Origin: Octopus bimaculoides
Taxonomy: Eukaryota
Assembly: GCF_001194135.2 (NCBI RefSeq)
Contig: NC_068994.1
Coordinates: 18,807,409-18,871,408 of the forward strand
Reading direction: 5' to 3'
DNA: 64,000 nucleotides
Positions 24,041-35,995 of this stretch are shown one piece after another. The position numbers were made by a program, and so were the translations under genes. The notes beneath the pieces were generated by a model that was given only the letters and a program-made list of their open reading frames with translations, was not told the DNA's origin and did no database searches. Position 1 is the stretch's first letter, and every line of letters begins with the position of its first letter.

Positions 24041-24594
24041 TTTTATACTACCTTTTATTAGACTTTTCCTGCATCTAGGACTTCATTATCCAGTGTAACA
24101 GTTGGGTGGGATTTAAGGGAAATTTGGCTGTTATTTCTAACTGGTTGAGCCATCATGCAGAAATTCCTTCCTTGGCATGTTATTGTACTTTGTTCCATTG
24201 GCATGTTCTCTTAAATTTAGTTATATATAAACATTTCAACATACTGAATGGTAATCAGCATTGGGTAAATGGAGTCTTCAAGGCATGTTTGATTCCTGTT
24301 TAATTAATTTCATGTCATTTACTCATTGTAGCAGCTCAACTGCTAGGAGAAAAATAAACTGTGGCAAACTGATTTTTACCTCTACGTACTGTATGAAGCA
24401 GAGCCTTTCAAAAAACATTTTCATTCACATTATTACACCTAAAAGAAGTGAGATGCTTGTAGCTTCTAATACCTAAAGAAAGAGACATATAGCAAAGGTC
24501 AGTTTTTTTTTTTTTTATACTTCATGTGATTGTACCTTAAAAAAAAAGCTGGGTCCTTTTTGCAAAGTTGGGCCTTCATTACATGCTTTAACTA

Positions 24595-24802
24595 ATAAGC
24601 ATTTAAATCGACCTTATCTGGCCCTAAATTTTCTACTTATTTAATGTTCAATCTGACCAGATCTGGCTTCTCACATCTACCCAACAATGTTGTACAAGAC
24701 ATAAACAATCACATCACTGAAATCTCAAAGCTACAAGATAATACATGATTAATTGAGAATGTGAATGAACAAGCATAACAAAGTAATCTGAATACTAAGG
24801 GG
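24595..24802 (-). mobile_element. piggyBac-type MITE family 1
   Basis: Reverse-oriented copy ending aagggg|ttaa. Confidence 0.75.
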
Positions 24803-24958
24803 TTAATGCATTAAAAACTATTTTCCTGAATCTGTACTGCTGAAATTGGAGTGTGTGTCTAATGTACCCTATCATCTTTTCTGCCATCAAGTATGGCAAG
24901 TGGTTTACCGTATATCTTTCATTGCACTCTATGAAATGAAAGAAAAGCCACGTTTTAA

Positions 24959-25178
24959 CTATTTAGCATTCAGACTACTCTGTCAGAATAAAAAATTTTT
25001 TATTCACATTATTTTGAATTAAGCATGCAGTATCTTGTAGCTTTGAGATTTCAATAATGTCATTGCATATTTTTAGAATGACATTTTAGGGTAGGTGTGA
25101 GATACCTGATCTGACAAGTTTGAACATAAATCAGATAGAATATTTGGGCTGGATATGGCCAGTTTAAATGCTAAAGGA
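24959..25178 (+). mobile_element. piggyBac-type MITE family 1
   Basis: TTAA|ctatttagcattcag ... aatgctaaagga|TTAA. Confidence 0.8.
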
Positions 25179-26648
25179 TTAATATTATATCTACAATTTT
25201 GATGTATAGGGGGGTATCTTAAAGGGTGTCAACTAATTTCTTTAAGGACAATCATTTGGAATCATTCCTCAATGGGTTTTTACATCGTTTCAGATTTAAC
25301 AAATGACAGAATTATCAAGTAGATGATAACATTCATTACTAACCTTTAATTAAAACTGACTTCCATATGGAATAATTTTAGATACTGAAATGTATCCTAT
25401 CAACTTTTAATTTATCATAAAATTGTATTTGTAAGTCATCTTTTAACATCTAACATTCTCAAAATAGTAAAATAAATAGGCTCATTTATTATCAAGTGTG
25501 GTTTGAAATATTCTTTATTGATAATATTTAGTTTGTTCTGTGATGACATTTTAATGGAAATGTACTGAAAGACAAAACTTTTGACATAAGATTTATGATG
25601 GAATCAATAAACACCTGATAATTAAGCAATAAATTTTGTAAGAAGGGAGAGATTTTGTTCCTTCTTTTATATAGTAGTGTCACTAATTTAAGCACACTGG
25701 TAATAAGTTCTTCAATAATATTAAAGTAAACTGGGAACAAAAATAAATAACTGAATATATAAGAAGATATGTAACGGAAAAGTATTGAGAATGAACTTGA
25801 TGACACTCTCATTTGTTAAGTATGTGTATTTCATTTCAGTGGGTTAGTCAGTACTTAAGTTTCAATGTTTGTGAAAGAATTATCAGAACAAAATGTCTGT
25901 AAGGGAAAATAAACACAGCAGATCTCATCAAAACTGTAATCTGCCAGAGTGTAAGAATTTTGTTGAATGTGCTAAAATCAGTGATTCTATATTTAAGAGG
26001 TTGTTGATATGATTTAGCTTAAAATAATTTTCAAGATGGAATTTATTAAAACATTCATTTTGTTCTGTATTAATAATGTAAAATAAAATAGAAACCTGAT
26101 AGAAATATCCTCTTTATTTCTTATTTTCTATTTTTCTCCTCAATGTCAAAGAAATTTTTCCAATGTAACAGAAGTTTTTCTAAATTTGGAATTTGTAAAT
26201 GTTATAAGTGTATTTTTGTATGATTAAAATTCCTGATATCAGAAACGATATGATATGAGAATTTAACTATTTATTTAGTGAGAATGTTCTGAGTAAAGTT
26301 CAAGTGATAAAATATATGATGGAAATCTAACTCTTGACTCATGAAGGAAATATATCACTACTGGATTATGCAATAAAAAAAAAGATCACAGAAAAAAAAT
26401 ACGCAAAAGGAGCTGACATTGAACTTTTTAGTTTTAGCAGAAAAGGGTCAAAGCAATTAGAAAACCAAACTAATTCTAATTTACACAAGGTCTACTTGAA
26501 ATTCCAGTAAAAACAGAGGAAGGAAGATTGAGAATATCATATAAACAGAGAAAAAATTTGATACTTCTCTTTTTTAATTAAAACCAGAATTTTTGCATTA
26601 ATGTATTTCATGTGAATGCAGATTTTAAAGGTCTTTCTTTCTCTGCAG

Positions 26649-26804
26649 AAAGAATGATTAATTGGGAATGATACTGGTGTGAAATATCAGATTCAAAAAT
26701 TTTTAAGGGAAATGGAGGAAATGAGGAAGTATTCCTTGAAAAAGCTAATTTCTAGCATTAGTTTGTTTTATACATCAAAGTGTTGGGCACCATTGGAGAT
26801 AGTG
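26649..26804 (+). other. candidate exon (UTR/non-coding or start-codon exon)
   Basis: tctttctttctctgcag acceptor and GTG|gtaagt donor; stops in all frames near start, one frame open afterwards (MEEMRKYSLKKLISSISLFYTSKCWAPLEIV). Confidence 0.3.
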
Positions 26805-28598
26805 GTAAGTATTTGATGAATTAAGTTCATAACTCGGTTTTGGTTACTCCTTTACTTTATTAATGCATTTTAGAAAGGGAACATATACTGTTAATAAGTA
26901 ACATGAGAAATTTCATGGTATGCCCTATGAGTTCTGTTATTACAACATTATCGAGGTTTCTTAAATTTGTAATTCATTCAGAAGTCAGTAATTCTGTCTT
27001 GAAATCTATGAACCATCAGACAAGAAGGAACGTCTCTGTAAAGTACATATTAATAAATTGTCATTTATTTGATTGAGGGCATTTTATAAGACTCACTCTC
27101 TGCCTCTCTCTTTCTCTCCCTCATGCACACACACACACACACACACACGTATTCACACAGGCAAACAGATATGATGTGTGACACTGGTGCATATGAAATA
27201 TATCCTAAAATTCGATGAGAAATAAAAACAACTTATAAACATCATAATTTTTGAAAATCTGAAAATTTCATGTTACTATATAATATTATAATGACCATAT
27301 TGATAAGAATATAATGATCATATTGGAACTGTGTTTATACCTTGGCAAGTGAAAATTGCAATGCAAGTTTAATTTCTCATAGGAATAATGAGATTTACTA
27401 AAAGGGTAATTAAAAGAGAACCAGGAAAAGGTTATATTGCAATAGCTTATTAATGTGTTTGAATAGTGGTCTTAATTATTAATTATGAACTGCCTACAAG
27501 TGCAAAGGAGATGGTCTAAAAAAGAAAGAAACCACAGAGGCATCAAATGGCCAAAGTTATGAAATTAACAAAAAGAGTATAGCAAAAATGATTAGGGAGA
27601 AAATTAGATGAGATACAGTTCAGGTTTGTGACAGCCTGGTGTACCCTAATGTCCTCTTCCTAGTGAGACAACTACAGAGAAATTGTTAGCAAAGAGCAAG
27701 ACACTATATTTAGCATTTGCTGATCTGCAGAAGGCCTTTGACAGTGTGCCATTCTGCATAGTCAGGTGGTTACTAAGAAAACTAAGTGTAGAGGAATAGT
27801 TTGAGAGAGCTAATCAAGCCATCAGGATGGCACCAGGGATGGCACCATCAAGGTAAGAATTAGCAATATGTTCAGCCATGAATTTAATGTGCAGATTAAA
27901 GTCTATCAGTGCTCAGTTCTCAACCCTCTTCAGTATAGTATAGTTCTTCAGGCAATAGCAGATGAGTTTAAGGCAGGCTATCCATGAGAACTGTGTGCTG
28001 ATGTTCAGGTTCTTGTAGTTGAATCTCTCAATGAATTAGAGGAGACATTTCAAATGGGGAAGTAAAACCTAAAATCAAAAGGTCTTAAAGTAAACCTATC
28101 AAAGACAAAAGTTTTTTAGTTACATGAAAATGACATGACTCTGTTTCCATCTCAGAAACGGCCATGCTTGATATACAGAAAAGTAATACGTTGGAATTTC
28201 ATACACCGTATCTAGTGTAAACTATGGGTGTACAAAAGGTGTGGTGGGATCGCAGGTACACTGACAGGGAAAACACTTTGTGTGAAGGAGAGGCAATGGG
28301 GTAGTTAGCAGTAAGAGCACTTGTGAAATAATTTCTTTCAAATGGTCTGCAGGCTTGATAGAAGTAATTGACAGAATATAGTATTTAGGGTTTTTGAGTG
28401 TAATGTGGTCAGTGTAAGTTTTGGGAGCTATTATCTCTGATAGCAACAGTGATTCTCTTTTCAAGTGAAAGGCAGATTGTAGGATGCTTGTGTACAAAGT
28501 ACAGTACTGCATTGCAGTAGAACATAAACATTGAATATCTGAGAATGTGATAGCTGGAAACAAATAAGGCAAGCATGATCCACTGGATGTGTAATATT

Positions 28599-28812
28599 GG
28601 CTTCAAATTTTGGCAGAAATCCAGCAACATTAGAGAAGAGGATAAGACGATTATATCAACCTCAGTGTTCAACTGGTACTTACTTTATCAACCCTGAAAG
28701 GATGAAAAGCAAAGTCAACCTCAGCAGAATTTGAACTCAGAATGTAAAGACAGACGAAATGCCACTAAGCATTTTGCCTAGCATGGTAATAATTTTGCCA
28801 GCTTGATGCCTT
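28599..28812 (-). mobile_element. SINE family B with perfect 18-bp TSD cactggatgtgtaatatt
   Basis: TSD at 28581-28598 and 28813-28830. Confidence 0.92.
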
Positions 28813-28953
28813 CACTGGATGTGTAATATTAATGAGCATGAACAAAGGAGGGAAAATGAGGCAGTGGAAAAACTACACAGGGAATCAGATGTCGTGTGCA
28901 AGAGAGGTGAGCTGCACTGGTAGAGAGGTATGATGCATGTGGAGGATAATATT

Positions 28954-29340
28954 GTTGTTGTTGGCACTCCGTCGTCTATGACGTCGAGGGTTCCAGTTGA
29001 TCCGATCAATGGAACAACCTGCTTGTGAAATTAACGTGCAAGTGGCTGAGCACTCCACAGACATGTGTACCCTTAACGTAGTTCTCGGAGGATATTCAGC
29101 ATGACACAGTGTGACAAGGCTGGCCCTTTGAATTATAGGTACAACAGAAACAGGAAGTAAGAGTGAGAGAAAGTTGTGGTGAAAGAGTACAACAGGGTTC
29201 GCCACCATCCCCTGCCGGAGTCTCATGGAGCTTTTAGGTGTTTTCGCTCAATAAACACTAACAACGCCCGATCTGGGAATCGAAACCGCGATCCTATGAC
29301 CGTGAGTCTGCTGCCCTAACCACTGGGCCATTGCGCCCCC
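28954..29340 (-). mobile_element. young full-length tRNA-derived SINE with family C tail and 13-bp TSD ggaggataatatt
   Basis: A box TGGCCCAGTGG, B box GGTTTCGATTCC, (CAA)n end; TSD 28941-28953 and 29341-29353. Confidence 0.95.
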
Positions 29341-29637
29341 GGAGGATAATATTAGGTAAAGAACAAAGTGATCAATGTGGAAAGAACATGTGTAAAATAC
29401 TAGAAGGTCGAACTAGATGTCAAGTGGTCATGATTAACAGCAAGACACTGTACTGATGGAGAATCATCCAGCACATTGAAGCACAGAAAAAGATGATGAT
29501 GATGATAATGACAATGACAATAATGAATGTTAATTAGGATTAACAAAAATCAATTCATACACAATTTTGTAATTTTTTCTTCTTTATATTGGTATATTCG
29601 TATAAATTATTGTGTATTGTAAGGATTTCTGATATAG

Positions 29638-29800
29638 GCACTGATGTGGTTGTGTGGTTAAGAAGCTTGCTTCCCAATGAAGCCATCTTGGGATCAATCT
29701 CACTACATGGCTACTTGTGCAAGTGTCTAAGTGTCTTCTACTATAAACCTGAGGTGACCAAAACCTAATAAGTGGATTTGGTAGATGGAAACTGAAAGAA
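29638..29800 (+). mobile_element. SINE family A 5' half
   Basis: Head and CORE-like block. Confidence 0.75.
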
Positions 29801-29947
29801 GCTTGATATCTATCTATCTATCTATCTATCTAACTACACACGCACACACACACACACACACACCAAAAATGGAAGACAGGCAAGCAAACATTTGGTACTA
29901 TTTTTGGATATTTACTTCATGATAAAGTACAAATAAAGTATAAAGTA

Positions 29948-31217
29948 TTAAGTTGTCTCACATGAAATGTCGCATTTGAAAAAGGAAACATTAAAATTGT
30001 TTTTTAAGTTTTAGAATATTTATTTATTTAATCAAAATATGATCCTTGTTCATTTATGACCTTCATCCAATGTTCTTCTAAGGCATATATTCCATCTTCA
30101 AAGAATTTGTCATCTTCTACACTGATAAACCATTTGAATGCTTCAATTACCTCTTCTTTATTTAAGAATTTTTTATCGCATATAGCAAGCTTGAAGTGTT
30201 TAAATATGTGATAATCAGTAGGAAAGATATCAGGAGAATAAGGAGGATGTGCCAGAATTTCATAATTCAGGCTTTGCAACTCGTGGACCGTAGCTTGAGA
30301 AGTGTGAGGCTGTGCATTATCATGAAGTAAAATTGGGCCATCTCTATTCACTAATCTGAGTTACTTCTTTTTTAATCTTTCATGCATACAATCAATTTCC
30401 TGACAATAGGATGTTGCTATTACAGTTTATCCTTGTTGCAAAAATGAATAATGAATAACCCCCTTTGTTGACCACCATACAGTGGCCATCAACTTTTTAG
30501 GGTGCAATGGTGGTTTTGGGTAGTGTTTTGGTGACCCTCCTGCATCTAACCACTGTCCTGTCCTCCTACTGTTATCATAAAGTATCCATTTCTCATCACA
30601 AGTAATCAGTCGATGCAAAAATAGTTCTCTTTCCAACCAAGAAATCAACATGGAACACAGTGTAAGGCGTCTGTTTCTTTGAATCTCATTAATTTGATGG
30701 GGAACAAACCTATCCATCTTTTTGACTTTTCTAATTTCCTTCAAGTGTCAAGAAGCAGTTGTGGGAGATGTCTGGAGCTCTGATCCGATTTTTCGGACCA
30801 TTGTTTTCAGATTCCATCTAACCAAAGCATTCAATTCATCATGCCGAATAACTGATTTTGGTTTCCATCTTGGTTCATTTTTAAGGCTTTCATTTCCTGA
30901 ACAAAACCTTTGGAACCATCTCTGAACAGTTCTAATGTCAACAGAATCGTTACCGAAAACCCACTTAATGTTTTGTAGAGCTTCGGTGGCAGAGTGACCC
31001 AACTTGTTTTCGTACACAAAAATCACTCAGTATTGTTCAGTTGTCAACATTGTCATAAGAGCTGTGGGTAGAAAATTCTGAATAATAGCATTGTCTAGAA
31101 AGAAAAAAAAGTTAATTGTAAACACAAGCATATACGTAGAAACTCATTAAAAATCCATTTATAGATGACTCATAAGAAACCCATTTAAAATACGACATTT
31201 CATGTGAAACAACCTAA
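29948..31217 (-). mobile_element. full-length mariner (DD34D), ~30-bp TIRs, TA TSD, 1270 bp
   Basis: TA|TTAAGTTGTCTCACATGAAATGTCG ... CGACATTTCATGTGAAACAACCTAA|TA. Confidence 0.96.
30028..31056 (-). pseudogene. mariner transposase pseudogene (~342 codons, one frame, 4 internal stops)
   Basis: FVPHQI (WVPHEL), ITCDEKW, LLHDNAQPH, HPPYSPDIFPTDY (D34D); stops at 31029, 30750, 30429 and 30363. Confidence 0.95.
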
Positions 31218-31874
31218 TAGTTATGGTAGATAAGCAGAGTCTCTAACAGCTGCTTCTGGAATACCTAAGCAAGTGGATCATGTTAATGCATAACGAATGC
31301 ACATAATCCAAGTATCCTATCATCAAAGAGATCAAGGTAAAGCGGTATAGAAAGGCAGATGTATATGTGTGTGTGTGTAAGTATATATATATGTATATAT
31401 ATATATTAGATAGATTGGTAGATAGATACTTTTATATCCTGCCACAAGTTGGTATCGATAAATTATGCAGAGGAGGCTTAATCAATGTGTTCACACGATG
31501 TACTTCGAAAAACTACCAAACGCTCTCCCTTGACTACTACTGACCTCTTCATTTTATTTTATTTTAGTCTATTCTTCCAATCCCCAGGGGTGTCAATGAC
31601 TCTTACCACGACAGATGGATTTCTTTCTTTCTTTCTTAGCCATGCTGGACCAAATACAGAGGGCACAATACAGTGTAGAACGTTGAAGAGTACATTGATA
31701 TTTAATTAATTTAATTTAATTCAATCATGAATTTACGTTATTATTATTATATCTCTGTACGAAATGATCGTCTGCAAGAATTAAACTTCTTATATATTTT
31801 AACAACTTGTCTCCTCCATTTTTAATAACTAAATTAATGTGTTTAAGGGATTTCATTCCATAAATTCATCACAC

Positions 31875-31956
<82 letters not shown>

Positions 31957-32099
31957 TTGAAGTGTACAGTATTATATATCCATTACGACTGATCTTACCA
32001 ATTGATTTCGTACTAGGTGTTCAACGGAGTGTTAGGTAGCAGTCCAATTATGTAACCTTGCCCTCTTCAGAGGTAGCCATTATGTATACACACACACAC

Positions 32100-32260
32100 A
32101 CCATAGGCTTCCACACAATTTCCACCTAAATTCCATTACAAGGCATTGGTCTGTCTTGGGTTATAGTAGAAGACACTTGCCCAAGATGCTGTACTGTGAA
32201 ACTGAACCTGAAACTATGTGGTTGCAAAGCAAGCTTCTTAACCACACAGCTATATCTGCA
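32100..32260 (-). mobile_element. SINE family A 5' half
   Basis: agacacttgcccaag...aagcaagcttcttaaccacacagc. Confidence 0.75.
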
Positions 32261-32280
32261 CTAATGTATTCATGATATTA

Positions 32281-32395
32281 TTACCAGGAAAATCTTGACA
32301 GTTACTTCAAAGTTTCAGCTATGCAGTTTTCATCAGGCTGTTGAAGGCTACATAAACTAAAACTTTGAGGCAACTGTCAAAATATTTCTTGGTAA
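32281..32395. repeat. short fold-back (35-bp arms) with hammerhead-like core on minus strand in loop
   Basis: ttaccaggaaaatcttgacagttacttcaaagttt mirrors aaactttgaggcaactgtcaaaatatttcttggtaa; loop (minus) CTGATGA-aaactgcatagct-GAAAC. Confidence 0.7.
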
Positions 32396-32529
32396 AAATA
32401 AAATATGTTACTCTAGTGAAAAGTATTGAGTGAGCATTTAGTTTAATGTTTGACTATTTTTATATATAATTATACATAAAAACAAACATTACTATAAAAA
32501 ATATATGGACTTAGGCACTGTTGCTGTTG

Positions 32530-32875
32530 CATGCACTGGTGTGGCTGTGTGGTAAAAAGTACACTCCCCAAGCATATGGTTTCATGTTTAGTCCCACTGC
32601 ATGGTACCTTGGGTAAGTGTCCTCTGTTTTTGGCCTTGGGCTGACCAAAGCATTGTGAGAGGACTTGGTGGATAGAAACTGAAAGGAGTCTGTTGTGTGT
32701 GTATGTATGTATATGTATGTATGCATGCATGTATGTATATGTTTATTCTTTTATTTGTTTCAGTCATTAGACTGTGGCCATGCTGTGGCACCACCTTGAA
32801 GAATTTTTAGTTGAACAAGTCAACCCCAGCACTTTTATTTATTTTTTAAAAATCTGGTACTTATTTTATTGATCT
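32530..32875. mobile_element. SINE A head (+) followed by SINE A tail (-)
   Basis: Homology to family A. Confidence 0.7.
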
Positions 32876-32883
32876 TTTTCAGC

Positions 32884-33275
32884 AGTGTGGTAAGTAGCTT
32901 GCTTACGAATCACATGGTTCTGGGTTCAGTCCCACTGCGTGGCACCTTGGGCAAGTGTTTTCTACTATAGCCTCGGGCCGACCAAAGCCTTGTGAGTGGA
33001 TTTGGTAGACAGAAACTGAAAGAAGCCCGTCGTATATATGTATATATATATGTGTATGTGTGTTTGTGTGTCTGTGTTTGTCCCCCCACCATCACTTGAC
33101 AACTGATGCTGGTGTGTTTGCGTCCCCGTAACTTAGCGGTTCGGCAAAAAGAGACTGATAGAATAAGTACTAGGCTTACGAAGAATAAGTCCTGGGGTCG
33201 ATTTGCTCGACTAAAGGCGGTGCTCCAGCATGGCCGCAGTCAAATGACTGAAACAAGTAAAAGAATAAAAGAGTA
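32884..33275 (+). mobile_element. SINE family A, near-consensus copy
   Basis: gtgtggtaag A box, gggttcagtccc B box, ggcaccttgggcaagtg CORE-like block, internal (TA)/(TG)n, tail. Confidence 0.92.
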
Positions 33276-33410
33276 AATCGCTAAGATACAGTGACATAAA
33301 CACACCAATACCAGTTGTCAAGTGATGGTGGTGGAGGACAAGCACACACACACACACACACAATGGCTTTCTTTTGCTTTCTGTCTACCAAATCCACTCA
33401 CAAGGCTTTG

Positions 33411-33461
<51 letters not shown>

Positions 33462-33469
33462 TGTATGTG

Positions 33470-33684
33470 TGCATGTTATTGTTCCCTTTCCTTGACATGG
33501 CATGCTAGTCGTGAGTGTTACTGGTATGCAAGCAGTGTCCAATCTTCCGAGACGTATCTGGTCATGAGGAAACAGGCGAGGGTTGGTGACAGGAAGGGTA
33601 TCTAGCCATAGAAAATCTACCTCAACAAATTCTATCCAACCCGTACAAGCATCAAAAAGTGGACATTAAAACGAAATGATGATA

Positions 33685-33715
<31 letters not shown>
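33470..33715 (+). mobile_element. retroposon 3' end with RTE-type tail
   Basis: aggaagggtatctagcc...ggacattaaaacgaaatgatgat. Confidence 0.75.
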
Positions 33716-34134
33716 CTTTAATCTAAATAAAGAAGAATTAATTAAATTCTACAAGCTTGTTTTCTAAATAAAAAAAAACAAACATAAAAATAACTTTATA
33801 ATGTAAAGTTTTAAGAGAAAAACTGATAAGGTTTAGAAAATGTAGATTATGACAGCTGAAAGAAAATACAAAGAAAATTTTAGATAACTTCCTTCTAATA
33901 AACTTATAAAATAGTTCAAGGGATAGAAACAGAGAGAAAAAGTTGAATAGAAATTTAATTTATCATTAGAATGATATTGTTTTGCTAGAATGGTCTATAA
34001 TCTCATTACATACCAGTTTCTTTCATTGATTTAATTTTAAAGAAGCTCTATGATTTTAAGGTAGTTAGATTATTTTGAGCACCCGTATATATCTATGTGT
34101 ATATGCATACACACACATCTGTCAGTCCAGTCAG

Positions 34135-34178
<44 letters not shown>

Positions 34179-34469
34179 TTTTAATAATAGGCTCAGTTCC
34201 ACAATACTTGGTTTGATGGGTGTAGAACTCATCCACATTATCAGGTGTTCAAAAAGAACAGAGAGAATTTCAAAGAAATTCTTAAAACGTTTCTAGGTGA
34301 GAATATTCAGGTCATGTGATTGCTTTTACTATGATAGCAATACCAGTTATTTTATTTATAGCAATACATATGTACTGGCCATAGTAAAATATATCCAATA
34401 AAATCAAGGTTGTATACTGTATAGGTGATACTGTGTGATAAAATTTTAATTTTTTTTGTCATTGGTCTC

Positions 34470-34700
34470 TAAGTGTTATTTCCTGTTTGCTTCTATCTAG
34501 AAATCAAAGGAAATCACTACTATTCCCTGGACATCAATGATTTGAAACTGACCTATTTTTCATTACATTTCAGACAGATTCAGTGCTGAGTTGCTGAAGC
34601 AGAAATATCGCTATAGCAAATATTCTGCTCAATTTACTTGTCTGTTACTTGACCTTAACCATTTGAGCATGTCCTTTAGTGACTGACAATATGTGCATCC
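34470..34700 (-). repeat. interspersed repeat family D
   Basis: Homologous to 19345-19655. Confidence 0.8.
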
Positions 34701-34783
34701 AGTTCTATATTTGAGAGATGAGGAATTATGTACATTATTTACATTTGATGGATATTTGTCCTCATCTTGTTTGTTGTTAACAC

Positions 34784-34827
34784 GTTTCGGCTGAAGAAGG
34801 CTGGAGAAGTATATCAGCTGAAACATT
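34784..34827 (+). ncRNA. degenerate minimal hammerhead at an inversion junction
   Basis: CTGAAGA-AG-GCTG-gagaagtatat-CAGC-T-GAAAC-ATT; upstream gtttcggctga is an inverted copy of the 3' half. Confidence 0.45.
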
Positions 34828-35201
34828 CTTCTCCAAATTCTATCTGCTCCCTATTGTCACTATGAGATAAGATTGTTCTACAGGCAGTGGGAGTGACTTT
34901 AGTTTCTTCCCCTTCTAGGACCAAGGACAAGGTAATCTCTGCCACAATTTTTGGAGCTTTGATTGGCAGTTTAAACAGCAGACTCTAGGATTTATTGTTG
35001 TTGTTGTTGTTGTTGTTTCTCTTGTTCTCTCTTTCTGTGTTTTTTTATTTCCTTGGGGGCAGAAAGCTCTGAAGTGGCTCTTATTGGCCTACACTACTAA
35101 TTTCATTGCTTTTCTGTCAACATTCACAATAAGTCACAACTCTAGGATTGCTCCTTGTTCTTCAGGAGTTATCAGCACTTGTATTTCCATGTAAATCTCA
35201 C

Positions 35202-35251
35202 CTGATGACAAGTATTCGATTATTTCATCACCTTCCATCTCCTGAACTACA
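35202..35251 (-). CDS. candidate 50-nt coding exon (VVQEMEGDEIIEYLSS), gene unidentified
   Basis: ttattacttttgcag acceptor, CAG|gtgaga donor, only one open frame; sits in a ~76-codon open non-repetitive stretch. Confidence 0.35.
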
Positions 35252-35401
35252 CTGCAAAAGTAATAACGAATCAATGATTGAAAATCCTTTACAGTAACCT
35301 TTGTGTTACTCTGCCTTAGCATGAGTTTTTGAGTAGGTATGTAATGAATCAGCTCAGCCAGCTTTAAAAAAATTTTTTTTTCTATTTTGTATATTAGGCG
35401 C

Positions 35402-35995
35402 AGGAGTGGCTGTGTAGTAAGTAGCTTGCTTACCAACCACATGGTTCTCGGTTCAGTCCCACTGCATGGCACCTTGGGCAAGTATTTTCTACTATAGCCT
35501 CAGGCCGACCAAAGCCTTGTGAGTGAATTTGGTTGACGGAAACCGAAAGAAGCCCGTCGTATATATATATATATAAAAAAAACAATAACAAAAAAACAAC
35601 AAAGTGAGGACGTGATATGGATAGTATTATTGGACGCTCAGGAAAGGAAAGAGAGAGTGTATGACGTTTCGGGCGTAGCCCTTCGTCGGAAAGATGGAAA
35701 GTTCGGAGAATGGAAGAACGGAGAAAGAGGAAAATGGTACCGATGCCCACAAAGTTACATATATATATGTATGTGTGTTTGCATGTCTGTGTTTGTCCCC
35801 CCACCATCACTTGACAACCAATGCTGGTGTGTTTACGTCCCTGTAACTTAGCGGTTCAGCAAAAGAGACCGATAGAATAAGTACTAGGCTTACAAAGAAT
35901 AAGTCCTGGGGTCGATTTGCTCGACTAAAGGCAGTGCTCCAGCATGGCCGCAGTCAAATGACTGAAACAAGTAAAAAAGTAAAGAGTAAAAGAGA
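35402..35995 (+). mobile_element. SINE family A with ~180-bp insertion in its (TA)n
   Basis: Near-consensus head and tail separated by foreign sequence 35576-35756. Confidence 0.9.
35663..35689 (-). ncRNA. minimal (Penelope-type) hammerhead-like motif
   Basis: CCGACGA-A-GGGC-tac-GCCC-GAAAC-GTC; U4 is C and helix I is poor. Confidence 0.5.

Larger units (their letters stand above)
27520..29520 (+). mobile_element. decayed RTE-clade LINE (RT domain to (GAT)n tail), with two nested SINEs
   Basis: FLVRQLQ, LYLAFADLQKAFDSVP, VYQCSVLNPL (QGSVL), CADV (YADD), GLKVNLSKTKV motifs with stops and frameshifts. Confidence 0.88.
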
